Origin: Monocercomonoides exilis PA203
Taxonomy: Eukaryota > Protista > Preaxostyla
Length of the DNA stretch: 64,000 nucleotides
NCBI GenBank assembly: GCA_001643675.2
Contig: LSRY02000012.1
Span: forward strand, 434,001 to 498,000
Direction: 5' to 3'
A program made the translations under genes and the position numbers. Positions within the stretch are counted from its first letter, which is position 1, and each line of letters starts with the position of its first letter. This document shows, in pieces, positions 32,475 to 46,400 of this stretch. The notes under the pieces are model-generated. The model was not told the origin of the DNA, did no database searches, and was given only the letters and a program-made list of their open reading frames with translations.

Positions 32475-35400
32475 TTATTGAGTTTTTTGATGCTTCCTGT
32501 GCTTCCTTTTCTTCTTTCGCTCGTGTTTAGCTGACGATCTGAGCTCCTTCTCAATGTAGTCCTTCACATACAGCTCTGTAAAATCGCTCTTAAACAAGAA
32601 CCCTACAAACCGCCCTTCATACGTGACGAGGCAGTGATCCAGCGCGAGCAGGTGGAAAAGCGCATGCGCTTTTGACAGAGGCGTTTTGACAGACATGTTG
32701 AACGGCGTCGGATCAATCATCACAAATGAAGATGTCAGATCGATCTCAGCCAACTCGCTGTCGTCGAAGGGTTCCCGCTTTCCAAGCGGCTGGGGAATGA
32801 AAAGAGAGCGCGAATGGCTCAAAACAGGGGCTGGCTCATGTTCTTCCTGTGGATGCTGCTGAAAGCCCTCGTTCAGTCTAGCTTGACTGTTGTTGTTCTG
32901 TGTTGGTTGAGATGTGGCGGCATTGCTTTCATCTGAAGTTGCAATATTTGAAGTAAAACTAGTTGTATCGAAAGTGGCAGATGAACTGCTCAGAAGATTG
33001 CCATCAATTTTTGACTGATGAAGAGGCTGCGAAAGATCATAAGAAAACGAAAGAGACGCAGAAGCCCTGTTGCTTGGCGGCACGAAAAAGGCGGAGCCAT
33101 CTGCTCCTTTGCTAATTGTATTGGATGAATTATTGGGAGTGTAAACTTGGAACGAAGGAGACTGAGCTGGCAGTTGCGACACAGCAGATGTTATCAGATG
33201 AACATCTTCTAAAGATAACCCCCGCTTATCCCGCTTATCCTTCCTGCCATTCCCTTGCTGATACTTGCTGAAAATGACCCGCGCCAAATACAGCCGCTTC
33301 AGGCGCATGATCTTCACCCACTCAGAAAGCACATCGTCAGTCACGTTCAGATTTGTCTGGATCGGAATGTGTGGAATGAAGCGGTGCTGCACAATGTGGC
33401 GGATGAGCGCCAGAGACGGTGCGTGTGCCTGCGTCTGTGCTTGTGAGTGCGTTGGTGAATATGAATGTGAATGCGTTGGAGATTGTGATTGTGTTTGTGA
33501 CTGCATCTGTGTCTGCATCTCATTCGAAAGCGAAGATAAGAACTGCATCTGCCTGGGTGTGAGCAATAGAGTTGGTACAAGAGAAGACGAAGAGACCGCA
33601 ATCTGTGAATTGAGCATGATGTTCTTTGAAGACGCGGTGTGGGAGTGAGGTAAAGGCGAGGCAGGCGTTGCTGGCCGGGTTGTGCGACTGCGCAATCCCA
33701 TTCCGTCTGTCTGAGCAGCAGCTGGAGGTTGAACGAAAGAAGCATCAAAACTCGAGGAAGGAAACGCAAACAATGTCCGCTCTTTGAACGCAAAAATGAA
33801 AGATGAAGTGAATATCCTAAATGCACAGCTATGTGTATCAACAGAAAACGGGGAAGAGTGTTGATTAGAAACAGAACTCCCAGACGCGCTCAACAGCACA
33901 GCGGGATCAAAATATTCGCTGTCCTGGAACACAAGAGGCCGAGGCAGGCCAGCGGAGATCTCTTTGGCTTTGGACTGGCCCACTTCAAACGCAAAAAACA
34001 AAGTTTGTGAAGGATCATACGTATCGCATGGATTGGAATGGCGCGACTGTAGCTGTGTCTGCTCCTCGAAAATGTCCTGCTCGCCCAGGAAAGCCAGCTG
34101 GTTCAATGAAGAACTCCCGAATGATGCAGACTCTGAAAGGTCTGACTCTGACTCGCTGTCGGCTGAGGCATCGTGCTGTGTCTGTTGTGTCTGTTGTGCT
34201 TGTTGTGCAGCCTCGTCAGCTGGGGGAACATAAAGCGAGTTCAGCACACGCGCCTCAATGTCGTTGGAGCCTGTCGACTCGACTGAGCTGGTAGAGTCAA
34301 CCAAGCGGCGAGGCTGGTTTGACAGCTTGTGGTGGCTTTTGGAATGGATATTGAATAAATGCATAGTCAAAGGCAGCTGCACCGAGGAAGAGACGGAAGA
34401 GATGGAGGAAGTTGTGGAAGAGGAGCTTTCTGAAGACTCTGAATAGACAGAGCGGGGCGTGTCGCCATCCTGCGAATAAGAGGAGGTGATGAGATGAGGC
34501 ATCGACGGCACTTTTTGGTCTGACTGCAGCTGCTGCTGAGACTTGCTGTTGCTTAAAGGAGGATCTTTCCTGTTGCTGCTTGGTGACTGTTCGGTTGAGA
34601 AATCATCAGAAGCAGCAGCCGAAGAGGAAGCAATCAAGTCGGTTGATCGTAGCGGAGTCAGTAAATCATCCATCGAATCTGCATTGTTCATCTGATCTGA
34701 GTAAGAAGACGTGTCAGAAAGAGGTTGTTGTAGTCGTTGCTGTTGTTGCATCTGGCTTTCCTTCTCACTTTCCGCATTTCTTTGAGTTGCCACTTCTTTG
34801 GAGCCCTCAAAATCCAAAGCTGTTGCAGCAACCTCTGGCAAAAGCGAGGAAGGCGAGCGAGACGCAAAGGCAGCGGCAGACATGTAGTTCTCGTGAACTG
34901 GAGAAGGAGAGTAGCTGTCAGCGTCGCATATAGTGAAAGAGTTATTGCGTGAGTGATTGTGATTGCGCTGACGATGATGGAGACGATGGTGCAGCGGACT
35001 GTTCTCAGTTGAGCGTGGAGAGCGCAAAGCAGACTGCCCCACTGCATTGTTAGTCGCATCTGCTCTGTACAGCTGCGGAGTCCATTCGTGTTCCGATTCG
35101 CTGCTCGATGGGTAAGTGTGCTGCAATGCCGATGTGAACGAGATGGTCTGCGACGATCGCAGAACTGACGGGACGCGCGAGTGATGGCGGTAATGAGTTT
35201 TTTTTGCTTCTGACTGAACTGAATATGGAGAGCCAGCATCTGTTTGTGTAACATTCTGTGAAGGAAGCAACAATAAATTTCTGTATTGTCTCAGAAGCGG
35301 CAGTGACAGTGAGTCGTTTGCGCCTGTTGTGCTGGTTGTGATTGTAGATGTGCTTGTCATTGAGGAGACTGTTCCCATTGACGACAAGCGTGCAATTGAC

Positions 35401-38400
35401 TGTCCATATTGACCGTATTGCCCATACTGCCCTCCATTCTGCTCAGAAGGAATGCTCCGCTTTACATCGTACTGATGCTGCTGTGTCTGTGGGTTGAATG
35501 AGTAGACACTTGAATAGTTCGCTCCAATCACTGGCTCTTGTTGCCTCTGTATCTGCTGTTGTTGATGATGTTGTTGATATTGATGTTTATGATAGGACTG
35601 AGGTTTCAGAGAAGTAGCCCAATATAATGAAGAACCAGAGGAAGAGGTGTGTGACACTGAGGCCTGTGAAGGGAGCGAAGGAGAAGGTGACGGAAAGATA
35701 GCAAAATTCTGCTGGTGGAGGCTTGCAATGGAAGGGGAGCGTGATACATGTGTATAGAACTGGCGGGTGTCTGGTTGGGACAAGCCAAAAGGATAGCTGA
35801 ACTGGGGCGTGTGGAAGGAAGAGTTGCGAAAGATGGATGTGGTGGGCTTCAGTTCATTTGAGTGCAGTGTGAATGTCAGAATCTTCACTTCCTTTTCGGT
35901 GTTTTTCGGCTCAATTCTTTGACAGTTGCTGCGCGAAAGTGTTTCTCTTTGCGTGTGGCTGTGTGGAATTTGTGGCGTCTGCTTCCGTTCTGTTCTTTCT
36001 ACTCGTTCGGACTGTGGCGAAAAATGAAACTCGCTGATTGTTCTTCTTCGCAGCCTCCCGACTGATTCTGTGTTCATTGGACCGTCTTCTTCTTTCATTT
36101 CATCAAATTCGCTTCTTTTTTCATTTTGACTTCTTCCTTCTTCCTCTTCCTCTTCAAAGTTTCTAACTTCTTCTTCCTCCTCTTCTCTTTCCGCCTCTTC
36201 TTCCTCTTCCTCTTCATCATCATCTTCTTCTTCCACTTCGCTTTCCGAAACAATCACATGTGCCATCTTCAGCCTTCTCACAACCTCTTCGTGTGCCAGT
36301 CTGTCTCTCTCTTGTTGTGTTAGACTTTCCCACTCCTCCAGTGGAAGCAGTGAAGAAGGAGCAGGTATCGAACTGCTTCCAGCGAGTGAAGAAGTTGATG
36401 ATGATGAGGCAGATGTTGATGATGATGAAGAAGCTAAAGGTGAAATTGATGCACACGACGAAGACAACGATGAAACTGAAGAAGTGGAATTAATATTCTT
36501 CTGTTTCAGTCTTTTTCTGCTTGAATAAGTCCCATCTGTACTCTTATTGCTGCTATCTTCCCTTTCAAAGGCAACAGCAGGCGAATGCACACGAGAACTG
36601 GGCTGTGAGGACAGTATAGACATCACAGACTTTATCCTGTTCTTGGGCTCTCTGTAAGGCACAGAAAGCGTCCGCCACAGGCTTTCCTTCCGTTCTTTCC
36701 TCAGCTCTTTCCTCATTTTCTCGGCGTCTTTCTTCTTCTGCCGTCTCTCTTTCTCTGCTTTCCTCTGCAACTGCTCGTTGTACTTCCTCTTCTTCGCCTC
36801 TATCCCTGCTTTGACTTCGTCTCTAAACACTGCATGATGATACCCGACACACAAAGGAGCACAGTTTATGCTCTGCACAATTGCTGACTCGAGCAGATGC
36901 GCATTCGACAGCATGTGCTCCAGCGACTCCACACGCACTGCGCCCAGAAGAACTGGGTCGCTCTCACTGCGCACCAGCGGAATGGCCTCCACGCCCATCC
37001 ACTTCGCTTTTGACACCGCTTTCCTGATGGCAGCCAGCGTCGAGCGTGGAAAGAGGAAGATCTTGTGGTGCTTCATCAGATCGCCAGCTGTCAGGAACTC
37101 CGCAGCAACAGACGAAGGCAGCCGCGCAGAGAGCATCGGGATGCGCCGCAGCCGGGCGACGATGTCGTAGAAGGAGTCTCCGAAGCCCCTGCCCACGTAG
37201 CAAGCAGCAATCGTCCCAAACACCACAGGCAGATGCACATTAGGCAGGTTCGTCATCTCCATCACGATCAGTGCGGGGGACACAGCTTGTGTGGATGAAG
37301 CAAGAAAGGCTGCTCCGCCCACTGCGGCGTATGTGGCAGGGGAAGGAAACAGCTCAGGTGCTAAATGATACAGCCCTTCGCCCAAAATACGACCCATCAA
37401 GCCGCCAAGCAGCAGAGAAGACATCACAGCTCCCGATGGCACTGGAAGCTGCAGGCAGAGCGGGCAGAGGATGAACTTGATGACAAACACAACAAGCAGC
37501 GGGAGCATAGGCGTGCTGCGCTCTTCGGGAGAGAAGCTGATGAGCTCATCGAGGCTGTCTGGTGACCCCAGCATCGAATAGAGCAGCGCCCCTGTTCCTG
37601 TGCCGGCAAAGGAGAAGATCGAATAAGGGATTGTGAGGAATCCATTGAGCAAGGCGACTGCACAGACAAGAATGTACCGACGAGAGTAGCGGCTGAAGTG
37701 GCTCAGCATTCGCGTGGCAAGAGACGGCTTGTGGGCAGCTTGGTGGGCGTTTGGTTGTCCGGCTGCAGTGTTATTGTTTGGAGGGGCAGCGATGTTCGCC
37801 ATGGAGATGTCACGGATAACGATTGGGGGGCGAGGCGATTTGGGTTTGTTGACACTACATTGTTTAGCTCCAGCTGATCCTGCTGCTGTTAATGTTGCTG
37901 ATGCTGATGTTGCTTCTTCATTTGGATCGAATGGCGAGTGAGAAGTCTGTTTTCCGTCAAAATGAGGAGAAGATGAAGAGAACTCTTCATCGGCTCTATG
38001 CTCTGCGGAATGAAGCTGAAAAGTGTTTGTTTCTTGAATGCTGCTGATTCCATCTGGCGAGCTTCTGAATGGAGCAGCAGAGGAATCCAATGGCGGTGAG
38101 ACTGACGGAGAGCCGCCCTGTGAAGGAGGAGAATGCTGTGAGCTCTTCTTGTTACACCGGGCAAGCAGCTTCGAAGGGAGGTTGGTGATGCTGAGCGGGT
38201 GATGGCCATATGTGGAATGATACGGTGTTGTGGATCTGGCCAATGGAGAAGTCGATGTGGAGACACGAGACAGAGACAATGGTAGATGCTCTTCTGCTGC
38301 TGCATTTGGAGATAAAGAAGAAGAAATGGAAGGAGATTGCTGCTCCGTTCTTTCATTCTGTACTGCCATTCCCACCAAGTTGTCGTGGCGTGCTGTGTCA

Positions 38401-40508
38401 ATTGAGAAGTCTTCTTCGGCAGACGAGTCAAAAGGGAAGTTTATGTCGCTGTGTGACGAGCGCGCCACGGGACGAGTAACTGCCGAGCTCTCTGATCTTT
38501 GCATTTCTGCTTGTTCACCATCCTTTTCAGCCTCCAATTGCAGCCTGTGAGTGCTTGCCCTCTGGCAAGCAGCAGTCAGCTTCGCGTGCTTCTCCAGGCG
38601 GAATGCCTCGCTTTTGTGCGGATTGGAAGCAGTTGCGTCAGACGTGGCCCCGACGAATGTGACAGGGATGGTGCGCTCCTTCAGCCTCCGCTTGTGCCGC
38701 GGGAGTGATGGCGCTGTGAACCAGGAAGAATCAATGGCATTGTAGCGGGTCATGTACTGCGTGCTCCCTCTCCCTGTCAGGCTGTCGCTGTCCTGCTCCT
38801 CTTCTTCCTCGTCCTCGTATGTGCTGTCTGTGTCTGCAGAGCGCTCAGCAGGCGATTCGTCATAGTCTGACAAGTCGGTGGAAGACGAGGTGATGTCAAA
38901 CAGCGAGTCAATGGAAGAAGATGTTTCTGTTGAGGACAGCTCATTCTCATCCTTGCTGTTTGCTTGGTCTTCGTGGTTGTTAACTCCAGCTGAGTCTCCT
39001 TCTTCCTTTTTGCGGATCTTCTTCTGCATTTCGATCTTTTTGGCGGCTTCTCGCTTTTTGCGCCGCTCCAACTTCTGCTTTCTTCTCGTCCGTTTGTCTT
39101 CCCTCAATTTCTGGATGTCAGTTTTCTCCTTCTTCGTGAGATGCTTCCACGCCTCTTTCCTTCTCCGCCTCTTTTCTTTTTTTTCTTTGATCTTCATTTC
39201 CTTCTTTCTCTTGTTTTCTCTCTCTTTTGCCTTGCGCATCAATTCCTGCTCCTCCTGCTTGCGCATCAATGCGCTCTTCTTCTTGTCCTTCTTCTGCGCC
39301 GTCGACTTCGCCTCCCACCAGCGGTAGATGAGTGCTGTGTAGTACGCCATCTTCACCATTGCCTGCGCAACAAAACCGACAACCACGCCAAACGCAATAA
39401 ACACCAGCCACTCGTGGAACTGCGCTGGCGGAGGCGTGTCTTGGTGCGGCTTCGAGAATGGCGAGTACTCCAGGTACTGCAGGAGGCGCCAGAAAAGCGA
39501 GGCGAACCCGGACGCAAAGAACAGTCGCGCATAATTCTGCGTCAGAAACACGTCGCTCATTAGCTCGATGGAAAACAGCACCCCGCCAATGGGCGACCCG
39601 GTGACTACTGCCAATCCCATCGCCACTGCAAACGAATACATATTCCGCCGCAATGACTCGGTTTCTTTGAAATTTCGGAAAAAAGGAATAAAGGTCATGT
39701 ACAAATGTGTTGCGATAACGGTGTTGCATAATAAAGGACCTCCACGTTCACAGAATAATCCAGATGAAACAATAAACAGAGATGTGAGTAGCTTCCCTAA
39801 CATTGTACGAAATGTCATAAATTGAGGGAAATGGATCCCACTTAAAATGGCTCGTATATCTGGAATTCCAGAGCCCGCCCCAGCATCAGGTGAAATATTT
39901 AGACAAAGACACGTTCCAATTAATGAAAAGACAACTGTCCAAATTATATGAACAACGATTTTTAAATGAATTTGTGGAATTCTCTCAAGTAACTCGTGAC
40001 GGGCCATTGGAAGTAAGTATTGTGCAAGTCCATCTTGTAAAAAGGAAAGAGCAATTCCGGTGATAGCAACAAGAAGAATGAAGCATGCATTTTGAAATAA
40101 CGGATGTCGAATAAAAAAAGCATAAAATTTTGAGAATCTTGACTCACGCACGTGATCGGTTTCTAATTCTGTTGGTTTTTTCTCGACTTCAGATGGTTCT
40201 TTTGATAGCTTATAATTTGTTTTTTGTTCTTTTGCAAGCTTATTTGCTCGCTTCATAGCCATTTCTTGGAATTTTTTGAGTTTTGCATCATGCATGTTTT
40301 GCTGTTTTCTGACATATTTTTGCGTTAAAGAATATTCTGCATAATCTTCTGGAATAAATGAAGAAAGGATGGGGATATCTGAACACTGAAAAAGAATTTC
40401 ATTGAAATATTTTAAAATTAATTATAATAAATTATAGTGAAAATAACAAGCCATCGACCCAACCACGAGATTTCCTTGCTGATGTGCAAAACGAGCATCT
40501 ATACTCAT
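32475..40508 (-). CDS. CLC-family chloride channel (ClC-1/2-like) with two CBS domains and very large low-complexity insertions (>2600 aa)
   Basis: Motifs GSGIPD, SGLFCERGGP, GSPIGGVLFSIE, PVPSG, YAAVGGAAF...EMT and SFYD; CBS1 LTAGDLM...IPLV; CBS2 IDPTPF...VT.EGRFVG. The ORF runs 32475-40295 and stays open upstream to about 40385; a short first exon from ATG 40508 is probable but unverified. Confidence 0.92.
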
Positions 40509-41025
40509 AAATATATTTATATTGGGTAACATGAATACTTCTCGATGCCAGTTCAAATTTCGTTTTCTTTAAGGTTATATTTATATATATAGTGCGTATG
40601 TTTGCGTGTATATTTTATTTGCTTTTGTTATGCTTTGCCTTTAAAAATTAATATCATTTTCTTTCATTCTTCTTGTGGCAAAAAATAAGAAAGATTTTTC
40701 TTTTTTGTTTTCCATCAGCCTTGTGCATCATTCAACTTTCTCAATTTTTAAAATGTATTTTGAATTAGAATAAAACAGTGGTTTTGTCACTTGAAGTTGA
40801 TTTTCTTCGAAATGAGTCAAAAAGCACTCATAAATTTCTTATTATTTTGTATATTCTGTGCATCATTCATTATTGTTTTGAATGAACATTGATCTGAAGT
40901 CGTCAAATGCAAAAGCATTCTGTCTTGAATTATTTTCGAATAATGAACAAAATATCTCCGAAATGAAAATATTATAAGATATCGATCGGTTATTTTTCTC
41001 TAAAATACATTTTAACCGTCATTCG

Positions 41026-42678
41026 ATGGAGTCTTCAGTAAGATTCATTAATGTAGTTGGATTTGGGATTTTGTTTTTACTAATTTATGGAGTTCTACTA
41101 TTTTATCCAACTTTTCGAGTATTGTTTTGGCTTATTTCTCCGTTTTCTGAAGGTCATTTTAACTGTATTCCACTAGCTATCGCACTTGGAGTAGTCATGC
41201 CACTTATAGCATTGTGCTTTATGGCTTTGAACAATTTTAGCAAAATTACTCATCTTAGCATTTTACAACACATTAGCATTGATTATATGATTTCGTGCGC
41301 AATACTTCTTCCATTATGCTTAATATTTGAAATAATTTATGGAACATATCCACCATCTCGACCATATTCATACATATTTTCTGCTGTTACACTTGGAGTT
41401 ATCATTCTTTATATTTTGTTTGGTACACTTCTTGGGATGTTCGTAACTGTGAAAGATATTCCTGTTCATTCAAACGGAGCACAACTAAAGCTTGTTCATA
41501 TATCTGATGTTCATATTGGATCTCGTAGCTCTTCATTTCTTCGAATGATTGTAAACAAAGTGACAAATCTTAAACCGGATGTTGTGGTGATTACCGGTGA
41601 TTTATTTGATTCTCGATCTGTTGTACAATTAGTAAGCTCAGACGCTAAAAATTCATCTCATCTTAAAAATACTTCCCATCCGCATGAATCTCCATTAGAC
41701 GTTCTACAGCCTCTTGAAGATCTAAAAGCAAAATATGGTGTTTATTTTGTAATGGTATTCAATTTTTGTATTGTTTTGTTTTGTTTAAAATGTTTTTAAT
41801 TACATTGCTTTCTCTTCATGTTATAATATCAAAAGGGTAATCATGACATGATGAGTGGAGAAGATTCTGTTAAGGCTGTTTTGAGCTATTTTCCTCACAT
41901 CACCATTCTGGAATGTGATTATGTTGATATAACAATTTCATCCCAAAAAAGTGATAATAATAAAGTTAGGATAATAGGAATAAAAGACGGTAGCCAGAAC
42001 TTCTTTGTGCAATCAGCGGAGGAGCTTCGCGATAAGCTCAACAGCAAGAAGACATCATCATCTCCTTCTTCAAATCACAAGGATATTCACATGAGCTCTT
42101 CTTCAAGCCCACAAGTGGCTTCCAGTCTTTTAGCTCCTGATACGTCTTCATCAACATCTGATTCTGTCTGTGAATCATCATCATCTTCTTCTTCTTCACA
42201 TCCCTCTGAATATCAATCCTCATCCCCCTCAGCATCCACCCATCCATTCACTGTTCTGCTGCATCACCGTCCGCACAGCCGCGCGTGGAAGAATGTGATG
42301 AAAATGCTCGATGCTGATCTCTTCCTCGCTGGGCACACCCACAAAGGCCAGCTCGTCCCCATTTTCCCCTTGGTGAATCTTGCTTTTTCTCCTTCGTATG
42401 GACTTGCTCCTTTTTCTTCGCCTTTTGCGCCTCGTGAAGAGTCTCATCCTACGTCTCCAACACCAACCACGAAGCTTCTTTCTTCTTCTGAGCCGACCTC
42501 TTCTTCTTCTTCTTCTTCTTCCATTTCAGCAGCTTCTAACTCTTCAGACACAGTGCATAATTCAAAAAAACAGGGGCATTCTCGTTTTATGTACATAAAT
42601 CCGGGAACAGGGACGTGGGGTACGCTGATGAGAACAACGTCGTTTGGGGAAATAACTCAGTTTTCTGTGTCTTCTTGA
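41026..42678 (+). CDS. Membrane-anchored calcineurin-like metallophosphoesterase (YkuE/TMPPE-like); intron 41755-41835
   Basis: About four N-terminal TM segments, then HISDVHIG, VVITGDLFD, VM/GNHD (restored by splicing), LLHHRP, LAGHTHKGQ and GTGTWGTLMR. Confidence 0.9.
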
Positions 42679-43419
42679 AAGAAATTTCTGTTATCTGTTT
42701 GTTTCAAACTATTTTTTTTAATCTCATTTTATAAATGATTATGATTGTTTATGCGTTGAATGTGAATTTTAACTTCGACTACGTTCATAGATTTAATAAA
42801 AGCAACTTCATTTTATTTTTTTTTAATAATGTGAATTTCATTATAAGTATGATGGCGAGTGATTAAAATGCAACAATTTCATGAACTTCTTTTTTTTAAA
42901 GGTAATTTTTTGGATAATTTTCTTTAATCATCATGATTATTGCATATATATATATTTTTTTTTTTTGCATTTGCGTTGTATTTGTTATTTCTTTCTTCAA
43001 ATTAACATTACACAAATATATCAAGCATTATATATTCTTTTATCTGTTGGATGTTCATTTGGATTCGTTTGCTGGGCTCGAAACTTTATTGTGAACGCTG
43101 GATTGATGGATGCAAAAATACATGTTTCAATGTTTCGTTCTTACAACCTGTCCGTAATTAAAGCTAAAGTGTTCAAAAGTGATGTTGAACAAACATTCAA
43201 TTGTATTATTTTCAAAAATCATTAATTACAGATAATTATTCTCATAAACATTCAAAATATGCAATATTCCAAAAAGAAGAAGAAGAAGAAAGAAAGAAAA
43301 AAGAAAAGAAAGAAAGAAAAAAGAAAAGAAAGAAAGGAAAGGGAAAAAAAAAAAACAATCACATTCAATGGAACACAGTTTTGTTTGTGAATAATCTCGT
43401 GGCAAAAATTTTATGAGAA

Positions 43420-46400
43420 ATGCCCATATTTTATAAATATCACAGAATTGAAAAAATATTCTCTAGAGGAGCAATGCTGACTATTTTGATTTATTGCCTG
43501 TTATGTCGTCATGCAATGGAACTTGATAATCCAAGTTATCAATTGCCAAAAAACATTAACGAATGCAATGAAGAAGACAATCAATTTATTGTTTCTGACA
43601 AAGAATTAAAATCTCTATTGCATCCAAGTGCAGATCCAAGTGAACAAATGAATGCAACGAAGAAAGGAAAAGAATGTATCGAAAGTGCTGCAATGACTGA
43701 AACGTTGAAGTCCGCAATTGAAAAATCATCAGATTATTCAGAAAAAAATGATCATGACTCGGAAATAATAACCAAATTCCGCGAAGATGTTCTGCATAAA
43801 GATGATCCAATAAGTGGCAGTACTCAAATGAATGATGATTTGTTGAATGAGGATGAAAAAGAGGAAATTTTCATTAATGGAAAAAATGGAAATGATAATG
43901 CAGAATGCGGAAAATCAGAATCGAAACCATGCAAAACAATAAAAAGAGCGGTCGAGAAATGCATTCAAAAAAAATCAATAATTTTATGTACGACTGAGGA
44001 AAGCAACAATTATGATTCTGAGCCTATCACAATTGAAGATCGGGGAATTGAAATCAAAAACCGTGACGACTTCTTCATTACAATTATCACTGCTTTAGAT
44101 GAATCAAAGGTTCAACAGGGTGATGCTCTACTAAATATTAAGCAGAACGGAAGTCTTTCTCTGGAAAAAGCATTTGTTCATGTGAATTCTTCACGAGACA
44201 GTGGCTGTAATCAGGGTTTGGTTATTGTTGAAGGAAATAACGCAACATTTGAAGCTAGTAAAACACATATATTAATCACTGATTCCGAAAAAATGCTGAA
44301 TTGTGTTTTATTTGAATGCAAATTAGGTTCATTACATTTTTTTGAAGCAGAAATTTCGCGCTTTCGATCTTCTTTCGCCTTAATACATGCAGAAGTATCA
44401 GATACAGTTATTTTCTATTCTTCAACGTTGAATGGACTCACAACAACAAGTACAACACAATCAGTTATAACAATTATGAGTGGATGCAAGCTCCTGGCTT
44501 TGTTAAAGTCAAATTTTTCGGATTGTAGCTCAACAGAGCATAAACTTGGAGGAGTATTATATTGGGAAATCGGAAACGGAAATGACTATCATGAAATAGA
44601 AAATTCAAACTTTTGTAAATGCTCTTGTAAGAACAAGGAAGCTAACGAGCATCAAAATGAAGAATCAAAAGGTGGAGCAATGTATATTCGTGGAAATGAT
44701 GGAGTTGTAAATGCATTGAAATTTTCTTTGAAAAGTGTTACATTCTCCGATTGTTCAGCTGACAAAGGAGAACATATGTTTATGTCTTTGGCATCTGGGC
44801 GAGAACAAATACAGGAAGACAAATTTTCATTTGATATGGAAGAGATTTACGGGAAGCCAAATTTCATTTTATTGGAAGAAAGGAAAGATGGGATTGGCAA
44901 CATTATTGACCTTTTGAACGATGAGACAAAAAGGCTTCCGTATTCTTCACGAAAGATCTATGTTGGGGGAGAGGCATCCAGCCAGGAAAAGACTTGCGGA
45001 AGAAAAGAAGAACCTTGCGATTTGTTGAAAACAGGCAAAAATCATTTGGTCAAAGATGGCAACGCTGTGATGTTTGTAACAGGAAGAGTTACTGTTGATG
45101 AACCATTTGTATTTGATAAAGGTGTTATATTGTCATCTGCCATAAATGACTACTCAATATTATCCCATGAAAATGAACAAAAACGTGGAATTTTACGTGT
45201 TGGAGCGAAGGTTGAAGCTAAAGAATCAAAAGCTGTTTTTGAGATTAAAAATTATGATTCAAAAATTGAGCATATCGATGTTGAATATCCTGATGCCATT
45301 GAAGGAGATGTATTAGATATAATTTATGATGAATGTATGTTAAAAATAACTGATGTGGTATTCAGACCTTGGAAGACTGAGTTGAAAGGAGAAAATGTTC
45401 TTGGTGGAGAAGGAAAGTCTTTGCCATATAAGCTCATTGTTTTTGAACAGTCAATAATCAATGTTACCAGGTTGGTTATCCATGGAAGAAATCGCAATGA
45501 TAAGGGGAAAAGTCGTCAAAACAACTATCAAATGGAAAATTTTATAAAACTAAGTGAAATGGAAGAAATCAAACCAAATTCCGGAATCGTTGAAGAAGTC
45601 GGAGAAAATGACAATCCATTGTGTTCTTGGGATTCTGGACTTATATTCATAAATCAGGGTTATTATTCACAAATAAACGACAGTTCATTTATCAATATCA
45701 ACGAGGGCGCTATTTTTGTGAATTCATCTAATTTGAATATGAACAATTGCAGCTTTGAAAATAATCATCCGATTAACGGGGATTGGAAGAAATTTCCTTC
45801 TCTGCATCACAACATCCGTGTAAAGGGGAAGAATACTGATATGTTCATTAATATTAATTCATTGAAAAAAGGAAGTGATGGGACAGAAGGAAAGCCATTG
45901 GGAATGATTTCTTCTGTTAATGTTAACGGATCTGCTATATATAACACAAGCTCACTTTTTTTCATTCCTGTTTTATTGAATGTATCTCTGGAAAAAGAAT
46001 TTCAGAGGAATGCAAATGGAATGGTTTATCAAACAAATGGCGAATATGTCATTGCAGTTGTGAGCGGAGAATATTTATTTCCCTGCGGTTTGACGTTTGA
46101 AGCATCAAAGAAAAGAAAGGACCAAGAACTGAAATGGATTGATTGCCCTATTTCCGAATATGTTAACGAAACAAAAATGAATGTTAAGATCCCGAAATCA
46201 GTTCTTGATGTTGATGATTATACATCGGTTGTTTGCCGCTTATCTTATCCAAATGGTGTGATCAACGAAGAAAAGAGCAAATCACAGGAATTTGTTTTCG
46301 TGAAGCCAAAGAAAGAAGAAACTGCAAATGACGAACCTAAAGACAAGAAATCTCAAATTATTATAATCGCTGTCGTCGTGAGCATTTTTGTTGTTGTGGT

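Noticed and set aside
42881-43416. Phe-rich and Lys-rich ORFs (also 5579-5872, 46910-47107 and 59210-59935)
   Set aside because: They are translations of poly-T or poly-A-rich intergenic and UTR sequence.
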